DNA of 64,000 nt from Octopus vulgaris (taxonomy: Eukaryota), in NCBI GenBank assembly GCA_951406725.2, contig OX597830.1:66836001-66900000 (forward strand), written 5' to 3'. The first letter of the stretch is position 1, and the number at the start of each line of letters is the position of its first letter. The position numbers and the translations under genes are program-made. Under the pieces are notes generated by a model that was not told the DNA's origin, searched no databases, and saw only the letters and a list, made by a program, of their open reading frames with translations. Below are positions 45,805 to 58,922 of the stretch, piece after piece.

Positions 45805-46757
45805 TGTCGAAATTCAACGAAATTTTCACAGATGTGCGTGTTTATTTACACGAAAGAGAATTATCGGAGAACTTTCATCTAATTCTTCCAAATCTTTCTG
45901 TTAAAACTGTATTGAAACTTTAGCTGTTATATGTTGTCGTGTCATCTAATGAGACTCTCAGAAGACTGTTATGTTATTGCGGTCACATGCATATACACAA
46001 TGGAATGATGAACAGTATAGTCGATGGACTTTCATATATATCTACAGGCATCTGCATGGGTTGTATTTAAGCTGTTAACCCTGATGAGATGCTCACGAAC
46101 AGCGATGTAGGAACCAGAGCAGTGTGTTGGTGCTGTGTAGACGTTGACAACGTTGGTGAGAGACATCTGATGTGGCGATGAAGATGGAAGTGGCTGCAAG
46201 GGGATCAGTCATTAGACCTTAGAAAATCTAGAACCAACTAACTCTGAGCCTAGGAAGAGGTGAGCTTTTATAAATGCTTGTTTGGAACAGACTGTCTCAC
46301 CTGACTTATTCGCAGGTTGTGAGTGGCTGGGTTACATACTAGCGTGCAATAGAGTGAGACAAATTGCGCCAATATCAACCAATCAGAGTAGTAGACACAA
46401 TGGGGTCCAAAACAGCGCCCAAAGGCTAGCTGTTACCTGCTATGTTCGTATGAACTTAATTAAAGAGAGGGTGAAACATTAATATAAGAGAGGCAGCGAG
46501 CTGGCAGAAATGTTAGCACACTGGGCGAAATGCCTAGTAGTATTGTGTCTGCTGTTACGTTCTGAGTTCAAATTCTGCCAAGGTCGACTTTGCCTTTCAT
46601 CCTTTCAGGGTCGATTAAATAAGTACCAGTTATCACTGGGGTCAATGTAGTCGACTTAATCCCCTTGTCTGTCCTTGTTTGGCCCCCTCTATGTTAAGCC
46701 CCCTGTGGGCAATAAAGAAATAAATATAAGAGACGAAGCTCTCTAGAGTTCGCTACA
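45805..46757 (-). mobile_element. Probable solo LTR (~710 bp excluding nested SINE)
   Basis: The - strand starts TGTAGCGAA and ends TTCGACA. It carries two CCAAT boxes (46369-46383), TATAAAAG (46272-46265) and AATAAA (45846-45841) in LTR order. No clean TSD was found. Confidence 0.55.
46492..46722 (+). mobile_element. SINE family B, full length
   Basis: 11-bp TSD aatataagaga. Confidence 0.9.
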
Positions 46758-46856
46758 AAACCGTTTGTACCATTTTCCCATGATCCTCTTTCATTTGACC
46801 TACATATTTCAAAATTTTGTTGCATTTCCGCTCTTTCTGATGTCTAATGATAGATA

Positions 46857-47752
46857 TTAATAATGATAATGGAATTATTGTATACAGTGCTCAGGTGCAC
46901 CACAACTTGTCAAAAGTGCGTATAAAGCATGTGGCTTAATGTACAAATGTCTGGGAAATGAACAATGTATGAATCAGATACATGCTTGCTTGTGTATGGA
47001 GGGGAGAAAATCAGGTGTAGTGTTGGCGAATCTCAGGAAGCATGGAAGTTTTGAAGGATGCAGTGCTCCGACAACTAACAACTGGTGCCGGCAGTCTGTT
47101 CCATACTTCAGCAACTCTTAGCGTGAAAAAATGCTTCCGAAAGTCATGGGGGCTGTGCTGTTTTCTGACTTTGTAAACATGTCCACGGGTGTTAGACAGG
47201 TGGAGTTTGAAAAGGTGCTCAGAGTTATTGTTGGTAAGATGGTTAATAATTTTATGGGTGTCTGCCAAGTCAGCTGCCAGACGTTGGAGTTTCAATGTGT
47301 TCATGCCCAGGGAAGTAAGGCATTCAGAATATGGCAAATGCCTGATGGAGGGTGTTCTCTTGGTTGCACGTCGCTGAACAGTTTCCAGACAATTAACATC
47401 CTAGTCAAGATAGGGGTTCCAGACCTATTTCTTTACTACCCACAAGGGGCTAAACACAGAGGGGACAAACAAGGATAGACAAATGGATTGAGTCGATTAC
47501 ATCGACCCCAGAGCGCAACTGGTACTTATTTAATCGACTCCAAAAGGATGAAAGGCAAAGTCGACCTCAGTGGAATTTGAACTCAGAACGTAGCAGCAGA
47601 CGAAATACCACTAAGCATTTTGCCTGGTGTGCTAACCTTTCTGCCAGCTCGCTGCCTTGGGTTCCAGACTGGTGATGCAAATTCCAGGTGAGGCTGCACC
47701 ATAGCTATATAAAGCCTCAGATAGATAGCCAGAGAGCAGCTCACAAAGGACT
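46857..47752 (-). mobile_element. CR1-clade LINE 3' fragment (ORF2 C-terminus), split by a SINE
   Basis: HLEFASPVWNP..LETVQRRATK...TRGH.YK...FF..RV..VWNRLP..VV...S.ASFK. Confidence 0.85.
47425..47658 (-). mobile_element. SINE family B inside CR1
   Basis: 11-bp TSD gggttccagac (47414-47424, 47659-47669). Confidence 0.9.
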
Positions 47753-48342
47753 GTGTATGAGTCTGTTTCCAAATGTGGAGGAGTGAAAAAGCAAATTTAC
47801 CTTATCATGACTTACTCATTTTGCCCCAACTAAACTTGCCTTTCCTATGCTCAAACAGAACTGAGGTAATTTTCTGAAATAGTGTTTTGAATATGTTATA
47901 GTGTTTTTAATGCATTTAGAGAAAGTTGTTTGCTTAGCTGATATAGTTTTTGTAAGGTAGTGAAAATTTGTATAAACATATTTTGAGTCACAGTCAAAAA
48001 TGCAGAAAATATTACTCATTGTGCCCTTCCACTCCATATATAGATGTCTAAGAATCCATAAGTAAAAAAAAATAAGTTCTAGTATATTTGTCAATAGAGA
48101 TGGTATATCAATCTAAGTATATAGTGTTGTATATCCATTTTAGTCAATCTTACCAATCAGTCAATTTCAAATTGTATACTACATAAACAGATATTAGATT
48201 ACAACACCGTTATCTAATATCCGGTTATTTGATACCCAGTATGAAACTGATAGATAAGATCAGCTGAAATGGATCAATGAAACCCTAAACTTTTGACACA
48301 CACACACACATGTATATATGTATGTATGCATGAATGCATGTA

Positions 48343-48409
<67 letters not shown>

Positions 48410-48639
48410 TGCATGATTCATTTGAATCAAGGTAATTTAAAAGTAAGGATACCAAGTTAAGGTCGAAATTAACATACCTGGTTTTTACAGTTTTCTCATC
48501 ATTAAAAAATGTCTGAAACAGCTGAAGGGAATCTTAACCCATTTCTATATTTGAATTCTTTGTTTATACGAATATATATATAGGCTTTTCCATTGCGCCA
48601 GAGAAAAATTTGTTTGCTTGTTATCAGTCGTAAGACACT

Positions 48640-48978
48640 GTTGTTTTCACCGTTAATGCTTCTGTATTTCATGTTTCTGTATTCCATTATTGTTTTTTGT
48701 TTTTTTATATCTGTCCCTTTTGCTGTCCTGGTGTTCGTATGCATTCGATCCTTCTTCCAGGAAATCTACGCTTCCAGCTTAGTTTTTCTAATGCTCGTTG
48801 CTTGGTTTTTCTTGGAGGGCTGGCCGTGATCTAGTAATCTCAAGATTAATCAGCCGAAATTACTACGATGATCCGGTTCTTGACTGAAGACTGAGGGTTT
48901 CGAATGTCCTGTCCGTGTTTATTGTGTCGTCTTCTAAGAGTTATACGTTCTTGTCCATGTTGTATTTTTCTACATACC

Positions 48979-48980
<2 letters not shown>
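48640..48980. repeat. Unclassified repeat related to 940-1286
   Basis: Inverted similarity; abuts (TA)n. Confidence 0.55.
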
Positions 48981-49018
<38 letters not shown>

Positions 49019-49142
49019 AGGCTTCCACATATTTTCTCCCTAGTAAACTCACTCAATAGGCATTAAGTTAGCCTGGGGGTATTATAAAAGACACTTGTCC
49101 AAAGTTATATGCAATGGAATTGAATCTGAATCTTTCTGTAAA

Positions 49143-52100
49143 ATCCTTGTGTAACATCCTTGTGTAGCATCCTTTTGTAGAATCGCTGTGAAGCATCGTT
49201 GTATAGCATACTAGTGTAGCATCCTTGAGTAGCATTCTTGTGTAGCATCCTTGCGTAGCGTCCCTGTGTAGCATCCTTGTGTAGCATCCTTGTGTAGCAT
49301 CCATGTGTAGCATCGCTGTGTAGCATCCTGTGTAGCATCCTTGTGTAGCATCCTTGTGTAGCATCGTTGTGTAGCATCGTTGTGTAGCATCGTTGTGTAG
49401 CATCGTTGTATAGCATCCTTGTGTAGCATCCTTGTGTAGCATCCTTGTGTAGCATCCTTGAGTAGCATCCTTGTGTAGCATCCTTGTGTAGCATCCTTGT
49501 GTAGCATCCTTGAGTAGCATCCATGTGTAGCATCACTGTGTAGCATCGTTGTGTAGCATCGTTGTGTAGCATCGTTGTGTAGCATCGTTGTGTAGCATCC
49601 TTGTGTAGCATCCTTGTGTAGTATCCTTGAGTAGCATCCTTGTGTAGCATTCTTGTGTAGCATCCTTGTGTAGCATCGTTGTGTAGCATCGTTGTGTAGC
49701 ATCCTTGTGTAGCATCCTAGTGTAGCATCCTTGTGTAGCATCCTTGTGTAGCATCCTTGAGTAGCATCCTTGTGTAGCATTCTTGTGTAGCATCCTTGTG
49801 TAGCATCCTTGTGTAGCATCCTTGTGTAGCATCTTTGTGTAGCATTCTTGTGTAGCATCCTTGTGTAGCATCCTTGTGTAGCATCCTTGTGTAGCATCCT
49901 TGTGTAGCATCCTTGTGTAGCATTCTTATGTAGCATCCTTGTGTAACATCCTTGAGTAGCATCCTTGAGAAGCATCTTTGTGTAGCATTCTTGTGTAGCA
50001 TTCTTGTGTAGCATCCTTGTGTAGCATCCTTGTGTAGCATCCTTGTGTAGCATCCTTGTGTAGCATCCTTGTGTAGCATCCTTGAGTAGCATCCTTGTGT
50101 AGCATCCTTGAGTAGCATCGTTGTGCAGCATCCTTGTGTAGCATCCTTGTGTAGCATCCTTGAGTAGCATCCTTGTGTAGCATCTTTGTGTAGCATTCTT
50201 GTGTAGCATCCTTGTGTAGCATCCTTGAGTAGCATCCTTGTGTAGCATCTTTGTGTAGCATCGTTGTGTAGCATCCTTCTGTAGCATCCTTGAGTAGCAT
50301 CCTTGAGTAGCATCTTTGTGTAGCATTCTTGTGTAGCATCCTTGTGTAGCATCCTTGAGTAGCATCCTTGTGTAGCATCTTTGTGTAGCATTCTTGTGTA
50401 GCATCCTTGTGTAGCATCCTTGAGTAGCATCCGTGTGTAGCATCCTTGTGTAGCATCCTTGTGTAGCATCCTTGTGTAGCATCCTTGAGTAGCATCCTTG
50501 TGTAGCATCCTTGTGTAGCATCCTTGTGTAGCATCCTTGTGTAGCATCCTTGTGTAGCATCCTTGAATAGCATCCGTGTGTAGCATCGTTGTGTAGCATC
50601 CTTGTGTAGCATCCTTGAGTAGCATCCTTGTGTAGCATCTTTGTGTAGCATTCTTGTGTAGCATCCTTGTGTAGCATCCTTGTGTAGCATCTTTGTGTAG
50701 CATCCTTGTGTAGCATCCTTGAATAGCATCCTTGAGTAGCATCCTTGAGTAGCATCCTTGTGTAGCATCTTTGTGTAGCATTCTTGTGTAGCATCCTTGT
50801 GTAGCATCCTTGAGTAGCATCTTTGTGTAGCATTCTTGTGTAGCATTCTTGTGTAGCATCCTTGTGTAACATTCTTGTGTAGCATCTTTGTGTAGCATCC
50901 TTGTGTAGCATCGTTGAGTAGCATCCTTGTGTAGCATTCTTGTGTAGCATCTTTGAGTAGCATCTTTGTGTAGCATTCTTGTGTAGCATCTTTGAGTAGC
51001 ATCCTTGTGTAGCATCCTTGTGTAGCATTTTTGAGTAGCATCCTTGTGTAGCATCCTTGTGTAGCATCCTTGTGTAGCATCCTTGTGTAGCATCCTTGTG
51101 TAGCATCCTTGTGTAGCATCCTTGTGTAGCATCCTTGTGTAGCATCCTTGTGTAGTATCCTAGTGTAGCATCCTTGTGTAGCATCCTTGTGTAGCATCCT
51201 TGTGTAGCATCCTTGTGTAGCATCCTTGTGTAGCATCCTTGTGTAGTATCCTAATGTAGCATCCTTGTGTAGCATCCTTGTGTAGCATCCTTGTGTAGCA
51301 TCTTTGTGTAGCATTCTTGTGTAGCATCCTTGTGTAGCATCTTTGTGTAGCATTCTTGTGTAGCCTCCTTGTGTAGCATTCTTGAGTAGCATCCTTGTGT
51401 AGCATCCTTGTGTAGCATTCTTGAGTAGCATCCTTGTGTAGCATCCTTGTGTAGCATCCTTGTGTAGCATCCTTGTGTAGCATTCTTGAGTAGCATCCTT
51501 GTGTAGCATCCTTATGTAGCAACCTTGTGCAGCATCCTTGTGTAGCATCCTTGTGCAGCATCCTTGTGTAGCATCCTTGTGTAGCATCCTTGAGTAGCAT
51601 CCTTGTGTAGCATCCTTGTGTAGCATTCTTGAGTAGCATCCTTCTGTAGCATCCTTGTGTAGCATTCTTGAGTAGCATCGCTTTGTAGTATCATTTTGTA
51701 GCATCCTTTTGTAGCATCCATGTATATCATGCTTATGTAGCATCCTTGTGCAGCATCCTTGTGTAGCATTCTTGAGTAGCATCCTTCTGTAGCATCCTTG
51801 TGTAGCATTCTTGAGTAGCATCGCTTTGTAGTATCATTTTGTAGCATCCTTTTGTAGCATCCATGTATATCATGCTTATGTAGCATCCTTGTGCAGCATC
51901 CTTGTGTAGCATCCTTGTGTAGCATCCTTGTGTAGCATTCTTGAGTAGCATCCTTGTGTAGCATCCTTGTGTAGCATTCTTGAGTAGCATCCTTGTGTAG
52001 CATCCTTGTGTAGCATCCTTGTGTAGCATCCTTGTGTAGCATCCTTGTGTAGCATCCTTGTGTAGCATCCTTGTGTAGCATTCTTGTGTAGCATCCTTGA

Positions 52101-54111
52101 GTAGCATCCTTGTGTAGCATCCTTGTGTAGCATTCTTGTGTAGCATCCTTGTGTAGCATCCTTGAGTAGCATCCTTGTGTAGCATCCTTGTGTAGCATCC
52201 TTGTGTAGCATCCTTGCGTAGCATCCTTGAGTAGCATCCTTGAGTAGCATCCTTGTGTAGCATCCTTGTGTAGCATCCTTGTGTAGCATCCTTGTGTAGC
52301 ATCCTTGAGTAGCATCTTTGTGTAGCATCCTTGTGTAGCATCCTTTGTGTAGCATCCTTGTGTAGCATCCTTGTGTAGCATCTTTGTGTAGCATCCTTGT
52401 GTAGCATCGTTGAGTAGCATCCTTGTGTAGCATTCTTGTGTAGCATCTTTGAGTAGCATCTTTGTGTAGCATTCTTGTGTAGCATCTTTGAGTAGCATCT
52501 TTGTGTAGCATCCTTGTGTAGCATCTTTGAGTAGCATCTTTGTGTAGCATTCTTGTGTAGCTTCCTTGTGTAGCATCCTTGAGTAGCATCCTTGTGTAGC
52601 ATCTTTGTGTAGCATTCTTGTGTAGCATCCTTGTGTAGCATCCTTGTGTAGTATCCTAGTGTAGCATCCTTGTGTAGCATCCTTGTGTAGCATCCTTGAG
52701 TAGCATCCTTGTGTAGCATTCTTGTGTAGCATCCTTATGTAGTATCCTAATGTAGCATCCTTGTGTAGCATCCTTGTGTAGCATCCTTGTGTAGCATCTT
52801 TGTGTAGCATTCTTGTGTAGCATCCTTGTGTAGCATCTTTGTGTAGCATTCTTGTGTAGCCTCCTTGTGTAGCATTCTTGAGTAGCATCCTTGTGTAGCA
52901 TCCTTGTGTAGCATTCTTGAGTAGCATCCTTGTGTAGCATCCTTGTGTAGCATCCTTGTGTAGCATCCTTGTGTAGCATTCTTGAGTAGCATCCTTGTGT
53001 AGCATCCTTATGTAGCAACCTTGTGCAGCATCCTTGTGTAGCATCCTTGTGCAGCATCCTTGTGTAGCATCCTTGTGTAGCATCCTTGAGTAGCATCCTT
53101 GTGTAGCATCCTTGTGTAGCATTCTTGAGTAGCATCCTTCTGTAGCATCCTTGTGTAGCATTCTTGAGTAGCATCGCTTTGTAGTATCATTTTGTAGCAT
53201 CCTTTTGTAGCATCCATGTATATCATGCTTATGTAGCATCCTTGTGCAGCATCCTTGTGTAGCATTCTTGAGTAGCATCCTTCTGTAGCATCCTTGTGTA
53301 GCATTCTTGAGTAGCATCCTTGTGTCAGTAGCATCCTTTTGTAGCATCCATGTATATCATGCTTATGTAGCATCCTTGTGCAGCATCTTTGTGTAGCATT
53401 CTTGTGTAGCATTCTTGAGTAGCATCCTTGTGTAGCATCCTTGTGTAGCATTTTTGAGTAGCATCCTTGTGTAGCACCCTTGTGTAGCATCCTTGTGTAG
53501 CATTCTTGAGTAGCATCCTTGTGTAGCATCCTTATGTAGCAACCTTGTGCAGCATCCTTGTGTAGCATCCTTGTGCAGCATCCTTGTGTAGCATCCTTGT
53601 GTAGCATCCTTGAGTAGCATCCTTGTGTAGCATCCTTGTGTAGCATTCTTGAGTAGCATCCTTCTGTAGCATCCTTGTGTAGCATTCTTGAGTAGCATCG
53701 CTTTGTAGTATCATTTTGTAGCATCCTTTTGTAGCATCCATGTATATCATGCTTATGTAGCATCCTTGTGCAGCATCCTTGTGTAGCATCCTTGTGTAGC
53801 ATTCTTGTGTAGCATCCTTGAGTAGCATCCTTTTTAGCATCCTTGTGTAGCATCCTAGTGTAGCATCCTTGAGTAGCATCCATGTCTAGCATCCTTGTGT
53901 AGCATCCTTGTGTAGCATCCTTGTGTAGCATCCATGTGTAGCATCCTTGCGTAGCATCCTTGGGTAGCATCCTTGAGTAGCATCCTTGTGTAGCATCCTA
54001 GTGTAGCATCCTTGTGTAGCATCCTAGTGTAGCATCCTTGAGTAGCATCTTTGTGTAGCATCCTTGTGTAACATCCTTTGGTAGCATCCTTGTGTAGCAT
54101 CTTTGTGTAGC
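49143..54111. repeat. 13-bp tandem satellite (CCTTGTGTAGCAT)n, ~5 kb, roughly 380 units
   Basis: Direct reading; gives the periodic MLHKDATQGCYTR ORFs on the - strand. Confidence 0.98.
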
Positions 54112-54290
54112 TGTTTGATAACTTCCCAGCCTATCTTTTTCTTGCAGCTGTCAACTTGGATCTTTTCAAGAATAACATCAAAAGCATTAAGTCTCACTGG
54201 TTTTAGAGGGCAGGACTCTGAAGGGCCTGAAAACGGTCGTTCCCTTATGATGAGACTATAAATAAAATTAAATAAAAGAAAAAAAAATGT
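54112..54290 (+). mobile_element. Possible CR1/L2-type LINE 3' remnant
   Basis: NFPAYLFLAAVNLDLFKNNI resembles the WNSLP..VFP..YDL..FK end motif; A-rich tail. Confidence 0.35.
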
Positions 54291-55395
54291 TTCCTCTGAC
54301 TTCGTTCTTGGATTTCTTTTCTTTCAGCCATGGTCATTAATACAAACGCAAGTAATCCTCCCTATTATTTATTCAATTAGACAAGTATCTAAGTAAGAAA
54401 TCATTATTACAGCTAATTATTTCCATGTCAACATGGAAGAAGGATGCTGTTAAAATATAATGATGATGATGACGATGACGACTGTGGTGGTGGTGGTGGT
54501 GATGATGGTGATGGTGTCATTTGAGAGAAATTTGGCTGCTAATTCCGGCAGGTCAAGCAACCAACCACTTAGAAACTACCCATCCTCTTCTGAGTGACTT
54601 CCGTTGACACCTCTTCATCGGCTGCAATAATACGAAGAGGGTGGGTAGTTGCTGTACTTTGAAAGGTCTTTACAGACTTGCCCAAATGAAGAGACAGAGA
54701 TATAGGAGAAATGGGATTAAAGAGGCAATGTTAATACAGTTAGCATTTGAGTCTAAATTATTGTAACTCAAGGAAGATTATCAGGAAGAAATTATAAGTG
54801 GGAATAATGAAGTTGAAGAAGGTCAAAGCATTTGCGAAGAAGGAGGATGAAAGAGGATGATAGAAAGTCCGGAAGATAAGACAGAGCAGGGAAGGTGTAA
54901 GAGAAAGTCGAGAAGGAAGAATATTAAGTAGAGTGTAGTTTGTACTTAAAAGGTTCTGAAGAGAAGTGATAATTGCAGTAGCTATCGAATAGACAAAAGG
55001 ATGAAGGCAGCTTTACAACTGGGACAATGGTTTAGTATTGTTGGTTATTGTAAGCTTGTAATTCAGGTGGACTGATTTTTGTTTTGTTTCTTTCTTCCTT
55101 TTTTTTTTATCTTGGATGTGATAAGGAATATTTATGTGTGAGTGCGTGAACGTGCTTGTATGCGAATTTGTGTGTGTCCATGTGTGCGTGAGATATGTGT
55201 ATGTATCTATGCATATGGATCAATTCTTTATATGTGTGTGAGTGCATGTGTGCGTGCATACATGTGTGTGTGTGTGTGTGCATTTGTGTGTGTGAATCAG
55301 AAATAATTAAGTACATATATGGTGTGTTTATGAGATAAATGCATGTGTATATGTGTACGAATGCATATAAGCTAGTGTATGTATGAGATTTATGC

Positions 55396-55513
<118 letters not shown>

Positions 55514-55523
55514 ATGTATATAG

Positions 55524-55563
<40 letters not shown>

Positions 55564-56026
55564 AACACACACACACACACACACATACACACACACATGT
55601 ATATGTGTATATATTCATGTGAGCTAGCTCAACTTGATTCTGAACTAATAAAACAAACAGATTGAGGTAGGATAACTCGACTGTGAATCTTTGCCCCTCT
55701 GTTATTGTTGTTGCTGTTGAATAAGTATACTAGCCTTGAGCACAATGCATAAGAACAGCATCATTCCAAATATTCTTCCTTTTTCAAAACAACAGCATCT
55801 GAACTGAGAAAGACTTGGCTGCTGTTTCTAACATCTTGACAGTAGAGGTAAGTAGATTTCACTGTTGTTGTTGTCGTTGTTGTTGTTGTTGCTGTTGTTG
55901 TTGTTTCTTCTGTGGTTTCTTGTTTTAAATGTACCATTCCTTGTTTTGCAGCTGTTGATACAATTGAATACCAAAGAGATGTGAGTGTATGTGTGTATGT
56001 GTGTGTTGTGCATTTGTGTGTATGTA

Positions 56027-56121
<95 letters not shown>

Positions 56122-56301
56122 AACTTACTTGGAAAAGTAAGCATGGCGATTTAATCATATAATAATATAAATAATATATATATGTGCATGTATGTATATA
56201 TGCATATATATATATATACATACATACATACATATACATATATATATATACATACACACACACACACACACACACACATACATATATACATATACATACA
56301 T

Positions 56302-56416
<115 letters not shown>

Positions 56417-56508
56417 AAATATTTAAGATTCAGTTGAATTAGGTACTTAAATTGAGGCACCAAGCTGGTTTGGTATAGTCCACGCAGCTTGAAGTTAGGT
56501 GAATAAAA

Positions 56509-56549
<41 letters not shown>

Positions 56550-56965
56550 AGAGAGGGAGAGTTTAATTTCATTCAGGTTTTAACCCTAGAATTTACCATA
56601 TTAAGTTTATCCTTGGGTATAGATTATGAGACAGACAGTAATCTGATGACTGTTCGCTTTATAAAACACATGGCTGAAAATCCATACATATCTGCAGAGT
56701 TTTTACAATTACAAACAAGAGGAAATGAGCGATCAAGTTCTTTTATGACATCATTTTACAATTGTTTTATCTCAATTCAATATCATGAGACTGAAATCAG
56801 ATGAAACAATTGTAAATTGATATAATAAAAGAACTTGTCCTCTCCATTCTTCTTGAGAAAGAGAGAGAGAGAGAAAAAATAATTTCTCCCTCTCTATAAT
56901 ATCATTATTTTTCATTGTCTCTCTCTCTCAATATAATACTGGTTAATGCTTAATACTGGAGATTA

Positions 56966-57152
56966 GTGGAGGCACATGGCTTAGTGGTTAAAGTGTTGGA
57001 TTCATGATCGTAAGACAGGGCAATGCGTTGTGTTCTTGAGCAAGACATTTCATTTCACATCACTCCAGTCCATTCAGCCAGTAAAACAGACGATTGGAGC
57101 CTGATGCAGCCTCCTGGCTTGCCAGCTCCTGTCAAACTAGGAAAAACAGATT

Positions 57153-57190
<38 letters not shown>

Positions 57191-57645
57191 AGTGATGACG
57201 ATGATGATGATGACGACGACGACGACGATGATGATGATGATGATGATGAAGATGATGGTGATGATGATGATGATGATGATGATGACGATGACGATGATGA
57301 TGATGATGATGATATATACAACTGGCACTCTGCCAGTTATGACAATGAAAGTTCCTGTTGATCTGATCAATAGATTAGCCTGCTCATGAAATTAATGTAC
57401 ATGTGGTTGAGTACTCCACAGAGATGTGTACCTTTAACATAGTTCTCAGGGAGATTCAGCATGACACAGAGTGTGACAAGGTTGGCTCTTTGAGATACAA
57501 GTACTACTCGTTTTTACCAGCTGAGTGGACTGGAGCAATGTGAAATAAAGTGTCTTGCTCAAGGACACAACATGTTGCTAGGAATTGAACTCACGACCTT
57601 ACAATCGTTAGCTGAATACCATAACCACTAAGCCACAGGCATTCA
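56966..57645. mobile_element. Cluster: SINE head (+), RTE tail with (GAT/GAC)n, and C-type SINE (-)
   Basis: gtggaggcacatggcttagtgg at 56966; ggagcctgatgcagcc at ~57096; gagtactccacag...gacttgagc-type body at 57325-57645. Confidence 0.75.
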
Positions 57646-57689
57646 CTCATACATATGTATGATTATGTTCCTGGATGAATATGACCTAC

Positions 57690-58230
57690 CGAACTATACA
57701 CAGCATGAGTTCAGTCCAGGAAGAAGCTGCCTTGCAGAACTTCTACAATGCTTGACCATACAGATGTCAGCCTGATATACCTTGACTTTGCAAAGACATA
57801 TGATTAGGTAAATCATGACATGATATGTCATAAGCTATGAGACCTTGGCGTTGCTGGTAAATAGGGAGAGTGGCTGCATGACTTCCTCAAAGACAGAAGT
57901 CAGGTAGATGCAGTCAATGGTGCCCTTTCTGAGGAAACTCAAATCCTAAGTGGCATCCCCTAGGGCCATTACTATTCATAATAACCCTCTTAAACATGCC
58001 CACGGTCACTCGGACAATCACTGTCATGCCAATGATACAAAATTATCACAGGCAATAAAAAAAAAACAAGATGACGTCATAAGCTTACAGCGGGACTGGA
58101 ATTCAATATACAAATGAGCTGAAATAAAGTACATGCAGTTTAATGCTGGAAAATTTCAAGCACTGCTCTATCAACTAGTGAATGCCCTACAGCCTGCATA
58201 TACAGGACCCGAAAGCACTGCAATCTCTTT
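57690..58230 (+). pseudogene. Degraded CR1-clade reverse transcriptase fragment
   Basis: QHEFSPGRSCL, YLDFAK.YD.VNH, WLHDFLKDRSQV..VNG, SGIP*G and ANDTKL (FADDTKL-like), with stops. Confidence 0.85.
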
Positions 58231-58887
58231 TGCCAGTGAACAGGTTGCGGTCTCAAAGCGATGAAAACATTTTGACAAATTAAATTTAAATGTTGAAGTG
58301 AATCTAATGGTTTTTGTGTGTTTCTTAAACAGCTTATAAACAACTTCCACGCTGCAATTGTTTTCGTTCCAGCACACGATCTCAGATCAAGTCACTCGCT
58401 ATGCAAGTTCATCTCCGTAATATATCTATATATATACCTATATACTTATTTGGTATTAGTACCTCCTATATAGATAGCCTACAATGTCTACTTGCAGAGA
58501 TCACCCATTTTTGGCAACATTTTTGTTATGATCACTGTACCTGGTTGCCCTTTCTATCACCAACCTCATTACCGAACTGTTACGACCAGTCTGTGGTCTC
58601 TGGCCTCTAAGTGGGACCTTTCCAAATTGCATGCCTTATGACAAATTACCTCAAATTTTTTTAGAAACCTGCCCAGTGATAATGAGCCATGCCTCATGTG
58701 ACCTGCTTCTTGAAGAAAAAGTTGGCCATGGCTGTTATTGAGTGTACTAGACACATTCATTTCATTGTGTAGCTAGCGCTAGATATGTTGAGCACAGGCC
58801 AGCTGACCACTCTGTTCTTCTTCAGAGTCGAGTCACTGTCCTTTTAGACAGGTTGTCTGCAATGCAGCTTGTAGAGTCATGTGCTGA

Positions 58888-58922
<35 letters not shown>

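Noticed and set aside
46078-46105. CTGATGA as a hammerhead core
   Set aside because: No properly placed GAAA or helix II; it lies inside the probable LTR.
49068-54100. Long ORFs (up to 670 aa) of MLHKDATQGCYTR repeats as protein-coding genes
   Set aside because: They are a by-product of a stop-free 13-bp unit read in all three frames. There is no unique domain, and variant units introduce stops at random.
54700-55015. Possible degraded LINE C-terminal remnant on the - strand
   Set aside because: Only a faint resemblance (SSFF...FNF.IP); too weak to call without a search.
57023-57389. Poly-Asp / poly-Met ORFs
   Set aside because: Expanded (GAT/GAC)n tail of an RTE fragment.
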